From: Octopus vulgaris
Taxonomy: Eukaryota
DNA length: 64,000 bases
Reading direction: 5' to 3'
Assembly: GCA_951406725.2 (NCBI GenBank)
Contig: OX597817.1
Location: 75,020,001-75,084,000 of the forward strand
Made by a program: the position numbers and the translations under genes. Each line of letters opens with the position of its first letter. The stretch's first letter is position 1. Positions 48,894 through 62,540 of the stretch are shown one piece after another. The notes below the pieces were generated by a model. That model made no database searches. It was given only the letters and a program-made list of their open reading frames with translations, and was not told where the DNA came from.

Positions 48894-49822
48894 TATCCTC
48901 CAGCTTTACTTTTGCTCATTTATTTCCCAACCATCTTGAAATCAGAAAATTTAATTATTATGTTCCATTTTATCAAGGATTGTCTCTATGTAAAAATAGA
49001 TATCATCATCATCCATCAACACATGTTCACCTTATTCATTTCTAGCCTTCACAAATCCTCTGCATTCAGGGCCCAGGTCTCACTACTATGTCACACCACA
49101 CTTCACACACAAGCATCATACACTCTGCCCTTCACTCTGAGGGAGAGGGTCCTTTGTTACCTGTAGAGTTGGTAGCTTTCCAAATGTCTTCAAATGGTCA
49201 TTTATACTTTTAGAACACTCAATCCCACTGGCAGTTAGATCTCCTAAGTAACAAAAAAAAACTATTGGCTATTCCTAGAGAGCCTCCTGAGCTATTGAGA
49301 GAATCTATTTTTGGAGTGCTCTTCATGCTTAATGTTCCTGTGCATCTGCTTCATATTAAGGTTATCTTTGCTATTAGCCTGTTTATGATCCTACAACTTT
49401 CATGCATCAATTATTTATATTGGGCATATTGTATGGAGTTTCTACTGCTCCTTTTCTGCTTAATAAGAACTTTCTTTTACCTGACAGCAACAGTCCTGTT
49501 TTCTTTCCTAAGTTTACTTTGAGGCTCTTCAATTCTATTCTGATGCCATATCTGGAATTTCTATTCCAAACCTTCCACAGATTCTGCTATAAGAACAAGT
49601 TCATCAACATACAGAATCTCCCAACAAGCGAGTCTGATTAAAGAAATATATAAATTTCTTACTCATCATTTGTAACATTTTGTCGTATACTTGCAATAAA
49701 AAAGAGATTCTAGATGCATTTTAACAAATATTTCCTTTATTTTGTTTTTTTTTTATTTTATCATTATATATATTTATATTTTTTCCTTTATTTATATCAA
49801 GTTTTAAAATATTTTTTTTCAG

Positions 49823-49879
49823 ACAGCAATAATAATCAAAAATTCCGCATGAAAGCTTGTGATGGTTTCTCAGTTCTTG
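49823..49879 (+). CDS. C1orf43: C1orf43/NICE-3 homolog, coding exon 4
   Basis: ttttttcag|(D)SNNNQKFRMKACDGFSVL(G)|gtaagt, with the conserved (Y/F)RMKA.D motif; 57 nt, phase 1-1. Confidence 0.9.
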
Positions 49880-52188
49880 GTAAGTTTCTTCCTAACGCCA
49901 ACATATTTTCTTAATGAATTTCCTTCATTATATAAATGGAATGTTTTGCTATGGCTGGTTGAATCTTCTGCAGCACCATGTATTGCCAATCTGTACTATA
50001 TTTTGTCATCTCCTCTTTGAGATACAGCATTTTCCAATCAGCCTTTTCCACTTCATCTTCAGTTTTTCCTTAGCTCTCTCTTCTACTGGTTCTACTACTT
50101 TGGACTTCTTGGCACTTTGTTATGCAGTACTCATTGTCCATATGAATCACGTACCAGCACAGCCTTCTGTCTTGTACATTATGCCTGGTTTCTCTTATAC
50201 TCAATTGTTCCCTCAACTCATTTATTCTTACACTCTAACATTACACATCTATCAGAGCATGCTAGTTTCATTTCTTTCTAGTCTTCACAAGTTTCTATAT
50301 ATTATAGGTCCAAGTCTTGCTATCATGAAGCATTGCAATTCTGGCACAAGTATCATACAATATGCCCTTCAGCCTGTTATTCACTCTGCAGGAGAAGATC
50401 TTTATTGCCAGCTGATATAACTCCCTGAACTTTTTCCAACCTCTTTGTTCCATGACTACTATACATTCTGAACAACCATGTCCCCTGGTAATTACATCAC
50501 CTAGTTAACAGAAGCTACTTCTAGTGTGCCATCTGAGTATTAAAAAGAATCTATTTTCAATGTAATCTGACTGCATATTGCTCCAATGCATCTGCCAAAA
50601 ACAAAGTTTGCTTTCTCTGTAAACTTGTCTATGATTTCATAATACCTTTTATGTCTCCATATTCCTAACTATTCCTTTTCTACGTATTAGGCAAGTTTAT
50701 TTCTCCGACTATACCACTTATTTAACACCTTCTTCTCTGCTGAACATAATGAATTTTTACTAAAATTTTGTAGCATTATCACCAGACTCCAACTCTAATT
50801 CATTTTCTATGATTTTACTGAGCATAATGAACAGTATACTCTAAACTGTATACAGTGTTTGTAAAAAAATTATTTCAGAGGTGCAGCCTAAATAGAAAAA
50901 TACGATGATTTACGACCAGTAAAATTTTGCATAATAAAATAAAAATTAAAATAAAATGAGCTAAGGAAAATAACTCAAGAGGTCTAGTAGCCCTGAGGTA
51001 TGTCTGTAGCTGTCCCCCTTACCTGCTGACAAAGATCAGATTTTTTTCCCCCATCACGTAAATTCATCTTGAATTTATTTGCTTTTTTCTTTGAATTACT
51101 ATAACAAATACAAATGCTGCTAGGTTTCTATCTCTTTATTCCATCCATCGTTATTACCTGATATTTCCAAGAGGAAAATATCAGTTAATTGAGAAATATT
51201 ATCTCTTATAATGTCAATTATCTACATTCTTACCATTTGCTAGTTAGAGTTATTTCCCTTAGTTTTCTTTTCTGTTTTTAATTCAGATTGCTAAACAATT
51301 CTTTCTTTTTCATACACACATATATACATACAGTGTTGTCACCTGATACTATCAGGCTCAGGTTTGAGTAGATCATGTATATATATTCTATGTGATGAGG
51401 TCCAGTACAAGTGAAACCTGTCTGAAAATGATTTTGTAAAATTCTTATTTATTGGAATTGTATCCTCTTTTGTTTGAGAGTCACTAACAGTAAGCCGCTA
51501 AGTATTTGTTGTCTTTCTCCCATTAATTAGAGAGATTTTAATAATTGAGAGAGGTTTTTAGCATAGATCATTCTCTGCATAAGTTCATAGTTGGCAAAAT
51601 TGTTAGAATGTCAGGTATAATGCTGATGGTATTAGTTCCACTGCTCTTTGCTCTGAGTTCAAATCCTGGTGAATTTGACTTTTCGTCTCTTTGGGGCTGA
51701 TCAGTGGAGTACATTCTACACACACAGTCTCTCTCTCTCTCTCTCTCAAAAATTGGCTGTGATCAGGTCTAGAGCAGGATGGGCAGCATCCTTTATGATT
51801 TCATGAGGGTTGGGGATTCATGGAAATGCCAGAATATCACCCCTTAACTTATTCATGCTATTGGTCCACTTGAGCTATTCCTTTTTGCTCTTTTTTTTTA
51901 ACTTTTTAAATATCTTATAAAGCTTGCTACTAGAAAATACTTACCCATATCTGATCTAGATCCTACAAACATATGCTAGGGCTTATGTTATCCCAAGTTA
52001 GAAGGGAGTTTACTGAAGAATGTATTGCTGCTGCACTTAGTTGGTTGAGTAAATATGTAGAAATCTCTGTCTGTTTGTTTCTTTCTCTTTTGAATGATCT
52101 CTTAATGACAGACAATTCAAAATAGGTTTTACTGACAACAAAACATAATATACTAATGTAATATCTTACTAATAAAATGTATCTTCAG

Positions 52189-52355
52189 AAGAGGAGATTG
52201 TAAAACATGACATTGATAATGGAGAACGTCATCCCACTGAAACAGTTCGTCAGTACCTGTACCGTTTACACACAAAGGGAATTCTCACTAAAGTATCCCT
52301 TGAACTAATACGCAATGTTGTTCTTCTCTATGAAAATGCCAGACATACACCTCAG
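52189..52355 (+). CDS. C1orf43: C1orf43/NICE-3 homolog, coding exon 5
   Basis: cttcag|(E)EEIVKHDIDNGERHPTETVRQYLYRLHTKGILTKVSLELIRNVVLLYENARHTPQ|gtatgt vs human RHP...FRSYLLDL...LIDTLLDGYETARY; 167 nt, phase 1-0. Confidence 0.92.
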
Positions 52356-53209
52356 GTATGTAATTTAAATTTTTCATTTTATTCTATTTTGTGTGTGTGT
52401 GTATGTGGAGGGACTAGGGAAAATATTACTTTAGTTAGAAACAAGTGAGGGTTTAGCAACAAGAAAGATTATCTGGCTATAGAGAATCTGCCTCATTGAG
52501 TTCTATCTATCCTACACAAATATTGGAGAAGAGAATGTAAAAACAATGATAATAATGCTGATTGCTGTGTGTTTGTATGAATATGTATTTATTAATATGT
52601 GAATTTGTGTGTATGAAGGAAAAGGAAAATGAAGTAAAAGATTCATGATAATAATACAGGAGTACAAGCAAAATAACTGTGGAAAAGAAATTTAATTTCT
52701 GGTTCATGGATCATGAGTTTGTATAGCTTCCTAAAGTTATTTTATTATGTTGCTGAGTGGGTCGCTATCAAACACCACAGTTCATCAGATTCACCTAGCT
52801 ATGGAGGAACAAGCCTTTCTGTAAAAGTTGTATGAGCTAGACTAGTTATTGTACTTTGCTAGCCAGTTCATTCCACATGCACTTAACCTTACCAAAGCCT
52901 ATACTGAGCACTACTTCCCTGGATTTTTGAGATTTGTGAAAGAATTATTAAATTTAAGGCAGTTCTAGAAATGTTCTACTTTATATATTGTTTTTTAGTG
53001 CCAGCTTACCTTTAATCAAATAGACCTGTCATTAAAGAGTTTCAAGCTGTATTCATTCTATCTTTTTTTTTGTTTTCCCTATTTTAAGGACAGTAGTATG
53101 TGATCTAATGGAGATTTTACCTTCTATTTCTAGCAGATCATGTGACTGCACAAAGACTTTCCAATTGGCTTGTCATCTGGTTTATATTATGTGTTAATAA
53201 CATCTATAA

Positions 53210-53480
53210 GGAGGTGCTTTTTCCATTCACCAAAGTGAATGGAGTCGTGGTCAGGAGGAACTGATATCATCAGATAATATCCAACAATCATCGGGTGTTT
53301 CGACCCTGAATTGTAACACCCGCCTGTTGGTGGGTCAGCAGAGGTGGCCAAGTCAATGCTCCTCATCTCCTCCTGGCTCCCAGCTTAACTCCTCTCTCTT
53401 GCTCCAAAGCCAACAAGAAGTTCTTTCAGCTGCCTTTCCCATCCTGCACACAGCCACCTTTCACTCCTTACCTCTCATAT
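53210..53480 (-). mobile_element. 3' end of a Hero/NeSL-type (restriction-like endonuclease) non-LTR retrotransposon
   Basis: Minus-strand peptide RGKE*KVAVCRMGKAAERTSCWLWSKREELSWEPGGDEEH* (stop 53353-53355) resembles the AAERASxWLW C-terminus of Hero-type ORFs (recalled). It is followed by a highly structured 3' UTR. Confidence 0.7.
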
Positions 53481-56400
53481 GTTTGATATTTTGTAGCCAT
53501 TTGAAGAAACAGAATATAACAAGTTCAAAGAAAATCTCCATTTGATTATCTCTCAGTGAGTACATTGCGACTTTCTGTATTTTATTCATGCATTATATTT
53601 GTGTGTGTGTGTGTGTGTGTGCACACGTGTGTGTGTGTGCACACGTGTGTGTTTGTGTAGCAAGGTATCATACTCAATGACTGGCATTGTAGCATCATCC
53701 ATGAACTGCAACAAGAACAAAGGAGATGATCTAGAAAGAAGCAATGAAAGAAACTTCAAGCTGAGGGACCAATTTATGGAATTAACTGAAAGAGATGTAG
53801 AACAATGGACTGGGAAGAGAATTATTTTAGATGAGATGCAGTTCAGAACACAATACCACTACTGTCATATTCATAGTGGGATAACTACAAGAGAAGCTTT
53901 TAACTGAGAATAAGCTACTCTGTCTACTATTCATTGACCTAAAATCAAAGTGCTAAGCTCTGTTGTCTGGTGATCTTTAAAATGACTACGTAATGATGAA
54001 CGGCTTGTGAGAACCATACAAGACCTGTACAGAGATACCATCAACAAGATGAGGGTTAAGAATATGTTGAGCAAAGAATTTGGCATGTAGCTCAGTTCTC
54101 AGCTTCCTTGTGCTTATTAATTATAATTCTCCGGGCTATTATAGCCTTAAGGAATTTCAGATGAGTTGTACAAGAGAGAACCAGGACTCTGTTAGCCTCT
54201 GTTAGCCCTAATAACTTTGCAACAAACTTTGAAAATATTTCAGTGCCTGTGAACGTATGGCTTCATATCTGGTATCTTTCATCCTCCTGTTCACATCACA
54301 GTTTTTCTATAAGTTCAGTCATATTGGTTGATGGATTTACTGCAACAGATAATTTTAAGCTGACCAGAAAGGTGCAGGTAGGTTTGCACTCATTATACAT
54401 AGCTTGAGATGATCCAGAGAACATTTGTAGCCTTGAGCTTCCCAGTGTGCAATAAATTGTAGCCTTCACATGTATCCTTCATGTCATGAGGGCCATACTC
54501 AGCACAGATCATTTTAGCAATAATATTTTGTTGTAGTAACTCTATAATTCTTGTAAAATTTATCATTATCCAGTCTAAAATAACTTGCAAACTATTAGTT
54601 TTTAATCCACGATACTTAAGGTGTTACATTTTTAACACAGTCTTAAGTTACTTATCTATATATGTGTGTGTGTGTGTGTGTGTGTGCGTGTTTGTCGATA
54701 TATATATATATAGGAACAACTTGGTACTCTTTTATTTGGTAACACATCACAGACTACTCTCGGATACAGACAACCTGTGTGTACAAGTGACAGTGGGAAT
54801 GCAACAAGATTAACAATACCTAGGTAGTTTAATTATCATGTGTTGAGTGCATCCAACCATACCTATACACATATATGTATGTATGTATGCATGTTTAGGT
54901 GCAGACATGGTGTGTGGTTAAGACATTTGCTTACCAACATCATGGTTTCAGGTTCAGTCTTACTGCTTAGTATCTTGAGCAAGTGTCTTCTACTATAGCC
55001 CTGGGTGGATCAAAACCTTCTGAGTGGATTTGGTCGATGGAAACTGAAAGAAACCAGTTTGTGTGTGTATTAGTGTCACCTTATCTTGACATTACACAAT
55101 AGTTGTAAACAAGTTTTATTGTCATATAACATGTGTCATTTGTTTCTAAACTTCTGTGAAAATATGTTCAATCATGAGGAAAAAATTACTTTGCTTGGAA
55201 ACAAGTGAAGGTTGATAACAGGAAGGGCATCCAGCTATGGAAAATCTGCTTCAACAAATCCTGTCTGATCCATGCAAACATAGGAAAGTAGATGTTAAAA
55301 CTATGATGGTGATGATATAATTTACTCTTGTTTTCCCCACTAGTTGAAAGAATCTACAAGTGAAGAATGATTTTTCAACTTATTTTCTGTATGACTAATT
55401 ATTCTATAATCAAATCAAACTGTTGTGTGTTTGTGACAGCTGAGTTATTAACTTGAGTAAAATATTTTGTTCTGGGACATAATTACAATACCAACATTAT
55501 ATCTGAACCTGCAACCATTCTTATCTACTCTAAAAAGTTAACAAAAACAATATGATTGGGTTTTTAGAAATTTGCAGATATTTTGATTTCTCTGTCAAAA
55601 AAAATTACGCACTTAAATCTTTTCTTGCCATATTTCTAAAACAGTGACAAAGAGTAAATATGCTGCCTTTACTTCAATTCATCTTGAAAATAATGAAGAA
55701 TATAGTAAAATAGCTTTTTCATTATTAAGCTGGATTTTAGAACAAAAATTATCATGAATTTTTCACAGAAAGTTTTAATTTAGACCACTTTAAAATAGGA
55801 ATTTGTATCATTGAACCAGGGATAGTTTCAGGCAGATTAGTATCAAAAAGGTTATGACATACCAAAGATACTTATGAAACAAATACATAAATAAAAGTAG
55901 GTTTTTAATATTATGAGCAGCTAATAATATTCATACAAGCAGGGCCAAATTTTGAGATTTTGTAACTGTCTTAAATCTAAATCTCTAAATAGTCATTTAA
56001 CTTTTATGTTCTATAAACTATTAAGGAAAATAAGTCATTGAGATTCATTAAGATTAAAAGTCATAAAGATTCTTTTGGAAATACTCAACAACTACAAAAA
56101 CAAATAAATAAAAACTTAATATAATTGTTTAGCAGAAAATTAACTCACTACAAGGGTTATTCATAATAATGATGGATCTAAATGAATTTAGTACAAAGTA
56201 AGCCAGCTCAATTTTTCCCCTTCTTATAACCCATTTTGAGCATGTCTTTTTTTTTTCCTAATTTTTCTAATTATTATTTGTTCATTTGGGCATTTAAGAA
56301 TGTGTTGATATTGCATGGTATCTTTTCAGCATGGTATTGTGGCTTTTGGTTCTCATGCATATTTTTTGTTAAAGAAAATAAATAGAAAATTATGAAAATT

Positions 56401-59400
56401 GGATTTTGTGTGCGTGTGTTTTTATAATGAGTTCTAGGATAAAGCATAATCAGCTATACTCTGAAAAGGACAGATTCAGAAATAATGTATAATGGAACAG
56501 CCTCAATGCTTTTAAGGCAGTTTAGGATCTTTGTGTGGATGTATGTGCCTCAGACATTCAGAATATCTGAAGAAATGGGCATATTTTTACATCCACCAAA
56601 CTTTATACAACGTGATCTAAGTCAACCTTATTGACAATTGTTTGTCCTGTCTTTGGTCAGAACACTTGAGTCTCAAAAGATAGCCCAATCCTTCTTTTGA
56701 GACAGATTTAAACTCCAGAAGAAGGCAGTGTCAGACCACTAATATGGTATCCCAAGAACACATTAGAAGTCAGTTCTGATTTAACAGTTCAAGACAAATA
56801 TGAAGTTTACACTCATATTTATGTGCCTTTCATTTAGATCTGGTGTTAAAAACTACTAAATTAATGTAATACAATTAGAGAATTGACATTATTTATGATG
56901 AGTAAAAGATTGATTGGAAACGCATGTGCTCCAGCTTGGCTGCAGTCAAATGACTGAAACATGTAAAAGAAATAAAGAATGCATGCATTTAGATAGACAC
57001 ATAGAGGTTTATATACGTGGGTACAAATATGACAGTATAATTCCAAATTCAATCCCATCATGGACCACTTTGAGCTAGTCTTCTATTATTGTCTCAGGCT
57101 AACTTGTCTTGTGTTTGTGTGTATCAAGGAAGAATGGCACAATCAGGGTGTGGGACAACAGTAGTGTCATATTTGATATTATAGTACTTTAAAAGTTCTG
57201 TCCCCTTAGAACCAGGTCCACTTTGCTTTTGAAGAGATTATTGAAACAAATAGAGGCAAAGTACTGGGGACACCGTAATTGGCTAAAAAAAATCTTGATG
57301 GTGAGGCCCCTAACATGTCTCCCATTTAATGACCAAAACCCTTAAAACAAAAATTGAAACACACACACACACACACATTAACTTGAATACATGTCTGTTT
57401 ATACATGCACACACACACATATTTATTAAGAATGAGAAATGGAATGAAATTGATCAACATACTGCCTCTTCATTGAATTACAATGTAAGTGGCTGAATAT
57501 CCTACAGACATTTGTACTCATAATGTTATCCTCAAACAGAATCAGTATGACAAAGGTACAGGAAGTGAAAGAAACTTGTCATATATGTGTGTATATGTCT
57601 CCTTGATTCTCCTTGATATCACAAAATAGCTATAAACAAACATCACTGCCATATAAGTGGAGTCCTTCATTTCCAGACTTCTTCAAAAACTTGTCCAGCT
57701 ATTGAGAATATTACCTTGCTGGAAAACTGGTGAAGGTTGGCAACTGTAGGGCATCTGGTTATAAATAATCTACTTCAATGAATTCTGTCAACCCATACAA
57801 ATATAATCATATGATATAATACACATGTGAGCCATCAGTAAATGTAAAAAGAAAAGAGAAAGAAAGATGAAAAGTGGGTTATTACGAAAATAAAGCTGCC
57901 TATCCCTTCAGTAACTAACTGACTGGCACTCTGTCAGTTATGACAAGGAGGGTTCCAGTTGATCTGATCAATGGAACAACCTGCTTGTGAAATTCATGTG
58001 CAAGTGGCTGGGCACTCCTCAAAGACCCTTAACGAGGTTCTGAAGGAAATCCAACATGACACAGAGTGTGACAAGGCTGGCCTTTTTGAAATACAGGTAC
58101 TACTCATTTTTACCAGCTGAGTGGACTAGAGCAACATGAAATAAAGTGTCTTGCTCAGGAACACAACACACTACTGTGAATTGAACTCACAACCTTAAGA
58201 TCAAGAGTCAAATGCCCTAACCACTAAGCCATGCACCTTCATGATCCCTTCAGTAGATGAGGAAGGCAAAAATCCTCTTGAGCAAGATTTGAATCTGGAA
58301 CTCACTACAAAACACTGCATCTACGTCTGGCTCTCCAATTGTATAATCTATAAGAACGACACTAACAATAACAAGAATGATGAGAAGAAGAATTAATGAG
58401 ATTATGGAGGCATAGGTGTGGCTGTGTGATTACAAGTTTGCTTCCTAATCACATGGATCTGGGTTCAGTTCCACTGTGTGGCACCTTGGGCAAGTGTCTT
58501 CTACTATAGCCCCTGGACCAACTAAAACCTTGTGAGGGGATTTGGTTGATGGAACTAAAATAAGCCCATTTTATATGTGTGTGTGTTTTACTGTTTCCTT
58601 GCCTTGACATGAGTGATAGTTATAAATGAGTGTCAAGTCATCAAACCCACACCAGCATTTAATGTCCATTTTCCATGCTGGCATAGGTTGGACAGCTTGA
58701 CAGGAACTGGCAAAGCTAGAGGCCACACCAGGTTCCATGCTCTGTTTTGGCTTGGACCTCCAGCTGTAGAAACCAATCCAAAACAAACCGAAACAACCTG
58801 TGCCAACATAGAAAACGGATGTTAAATAACGATGATGATGATGTCACTATTATGCAAGTGGTGTATTTAGTTTCCAATTTTCCTTGTAAACATGTCTGGT
58901 CATGAGGAAATAAATATCACCTTAAAGTGGATGTTAAAATAATAATGATTATACTTGATTATATTTATGCATATGTGCTTTCTCCAATTATTTTTTTGGC
59001 TGATTTTTATATTTGTTTGTATGCTTGTTTGTTCTTAATCATTCATTAACTGCTCTTAATCTTTATTTTTTCATTGTTAAATCATTGAACATTTCATTAT
59101 GGGTATTGGGTTTGTTATCTATTAAAAATCTTTACAGGTTATCATCAGACAAAAGCCAAGATGAATTCAAGGTATCTTTAACACTATTTGTTGGTATCTT
59201 AAATACCAAAATTGTAGCTTAATCTATATCCTGCATGTGACCTACTTACCAGTCACGTTCTTAGATGGTCACCTATCTAAGCCACTTAATTGCTCAGCTT
59301 TTTACATTCCTTACCAAGCTTTTAAACAAAAAGTAATAATATCCCCTTTTCCTTCTATATTAACAATTCCTTTTTTTATTCCAATTTTTTTTTTACTCAT

Positions 59401-59750
59401 CCGTGTTATAAAATGCAGCTTTCTCTTTGGCTACACATTTTGTCTACAAGTAGTTAAAAGTAACTTGTGAATAGAATAGTAGAATTCTAGAATTCACAGC
59501 AGAATTTTGTTGGTATCTTATCTTCCAAGGGAGCAACTAAAATTTAACTGTATTTCTTCTTTGTCCATAACCATAGAGCAATTTCTAGTAATTTCAAATT
59601 CTATGTAAAAAACCAGTTAATCAGAAACAGCTCATCAGTTTAAAATAATAATAGTTAGCTGGAGTTTTATTTTTGTTTTACTTTATTGAATAATTCAGTT
59701 TTAATAATTAAACAGTATATAACTAAAAATAAAATAAAATTAAATTCAAT

Positions 59751-60130
59751 AGGCACAGCTGTGTGGCTAAGAAGCTTGCTTAACAACTCTGGTTTCAGGT
59801 TCAGTCCCACTGCATGGCACCATGGGCAAGTGTCTTCCACTATAGCCTTGGGCCGACTAATGCCTTGCGAGTGAATTTGGTAAATAGAAACTGTGGAACG
59901 CTGTGTGTGTGTGTGTTGTGTGCATGTGTGTGTTTGTGCTTCTCCCCTCTGCTGCTTGACAACTGGTGTTGGTTTGTTTACATTCCCATAACTTAGTGGT
60001 TTGGCAAAAGAGACTGAAAGAATAAGTACCAGGCTCAAAAAATAGATGTACTGCAGTTGATTTGCTTAACTAAACCTTCATTGTGGTGTTCCAGCATGGT
60101 CAGTCCAGTAATTGAAACAAGTAAAAGATA
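59751..60130 (+). mobile_element. tRNA-derived (CORE-type) SINE, older copy
   Basis: Colinear with 30882-31270 but more diverged. Confidence 0.8.
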
Positions 60131-62429
60131 AAAAAATTAAAAGGGAAATGCAATAGAATATATCATTCTTGGCTCACTGTATTTAGTGGTTTTAATATGT
60201 GTTCAGATATTCTAGAAATAGTGAAATCTTTGAACAGAGAGAAAGACAGAAAACTTGTAGGTGGTGGGTACACTCTACAAGCAAACATTTTCAAATGTAT
60301 GTACTGCCACAGTGTATGTCACTATGATATTTCTGAGAAACATCAGCAATACTCTCAGCATGTTCATTTTATACATTTTCTCCCAGTGTAATTTCAAATT
60401 AAGTCGGTGAGCTAGCAGAGTTGTTAACACACTGGGCAATATGCTTAGCAGCATTTCTTCCAGCTTTATACATTGTGAATTCAGATTCTACTAGGGTCAG
60501 TTTTACCTTTCATCCCTTAGATTGAAGTAATCAACTTATCCCCTCCCCTCAAAATTGCTGGCCTAGAACCTTGAAAATGTACTGGTGTCCCATTCAATGG
60601 AAATGTGATCTCAGTTGCTTGCATGCCACGAAAACTGGGTAACTGGCTTTGTGAGTCTTAGGGCTGATTGGTAAGTTGGTTAATCTTTTATAAGCTTCCA
60701 AGATACTGATCTGCAATTTGATTTCATTTCTCAGTTGAAGTCATTTTATTTCATTTATCATACTTAAGCTGTTAATAAAGACATGAAGATTCCAGTCCAC
60801 CTCTCTATCCTTTCACTAATAATTGTAAAATACAAGACTCTTTAAAAACACACTCTATTTGATAAAATATCTTCTTATTTGTATCATACAATACACATTT
60901 CAATGCTTCTAATAAAAAAAGAATATTTGTTTACGTTATAGTAATGACATTTAGAAAGCTATATCTTGACTTAATCATGTTATTAATTAAACAAAATAAA
61001 ACAAGTCTGCACAAATTACTTCTTCATTTTATCCTATCTCTGGCCATATTACTGCTCAGTTTCACTCAGCTTTTGTTAATTAATTCTAACTTTTACTTAA
61101 CCTAAATTCACTCAATTAACTGCTAAACTGCCAAAGTGACACCCTGTATTTCTGCTACCCTTTCATTTTTCAATCTCACCAACAGATCCTGAAAGCATAA
61201 ATTTCCCGTTTGTTACCCTTTATTTCTATCTCAATATATTTCTTCAATTCATCTAAAACATCTCTAAATAAACAACTTTTTTTTTTAGTTTTTTATTTTA
61301 CTTTTTTAAAGACTTAGAAGAGATGTGAAGGTATGTGACCTAGTGGTTTGGGTGTTGCACTCACAATTGTAAGACTATGGTTTCAATTCCTGGATTGGAT
61401 GGTGCATTGGGTTCTTGAACAAAAACACTTCATTTCACATGGCTCTAGTTAAGATTTGGTTATTTGTAATTGATCTAGTGACCACTGAAAAGATCTCATA
61501 TTGGTTCATGTGTGAAGGCAAATTTGTGTCTTAAGTTCAGTATTCTTTCCACAACCATTCCTCATTTAAAAGTTTCACTTATTGTTGTCCAGCAATCATG
61601 GTCATTTGGAATTTGTGAAATGATGAAGTTGTATTTCTTTTCCATACACCAAAGTTTGGTAACAGGATTCCAGGATTCTTCCTAGTAGAATATTTTCATT
61701 ATGGCTGGAATAGAACAAAATATATATTTTTGATACTAGAGTTTCAAACTTCTCATTGTTTACCACTAAATAGACAGCTTTCTTATATTTTTTTCCACAA
61801 TATTGACATTTATTGCTTTCCTATTCTTACTTGCCAGTTTATAAACACTGCATTATAGTGTTCATGTCTGTGAATGAGTATAATTTTAGTGGAAGTAAAA
61901 TAGTTTGTGATTTAGGGGTAAACGTCCGTTTTATATTTCATATTTCAAGTTCTTTATGCTAGTATAGGTTGTTGTCTATTTTAGAATTGTTATTTCAAAC
62001 TCGGTGTTCTTTCTACTGTTAGCCATGAAATAGGATTGAAACCTGTTTTAGGCCTGAAGCAAGCTGAGTAAGTGCCTTGATGAGAGGCAGTAAAATATCT
62101 CTAGTGAGGTTTGAGCTCATTCCCAACAACATATACTTATATTCATCATTCCTTTTGTCATGTAATGAAAATTTTCATCATTCTTAGTTCAGCTAATATT
62201 AACAGACAATCTAAAGAACTTCAAAGTGTACATTTCTTGTAACAGGGAAATAGTTATGACGAGGAATCAAGTCATATTCTTGTCTCTTCAAGCTCAACTT
62301 GTGATTTAACCTTGAATGGTCATGAATGTTGGGTAATGGCTGAAAGAATATGATTGCAAATGCCAGTGGTCAAAATGGAGTTCCTCTGAAGTGTCTTTGG
62401 AATAATGTTGTTCAATAGAGTCCTTGGCT

Positions 62430-62504
62430 CAGAGATCAGTAAGTCTCTATAGGTCGAGCCATTACTTCTCCACGTTGAGGTGGGTCATAGCTCTGGTACT
62501 ATGG

Positions 62505-62540
<36 letters not shown>

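Noticed and set aside
51390-51426. TGATGAGGTCC...GAAACC hammerhead or C/D-box-like motif
   Set aside because: Lacks the core C3 and stem II complementarity, and is too short for a C/D snoRNA.
56649-56669. VFGQN peptide matching the start of the next human C1orf43 exon
   Set aside because: No AG acceptor precedes it and a stop follows two codons later; probably coincidence.
59138-59171. Small exon candidate tttacag|GTTATC...TTCAAG|gtatct
   Set aside because: In the phase required after exon 5 it stops after 8 codons and shows no NICE-3 similarity; unsupported without transcripts.
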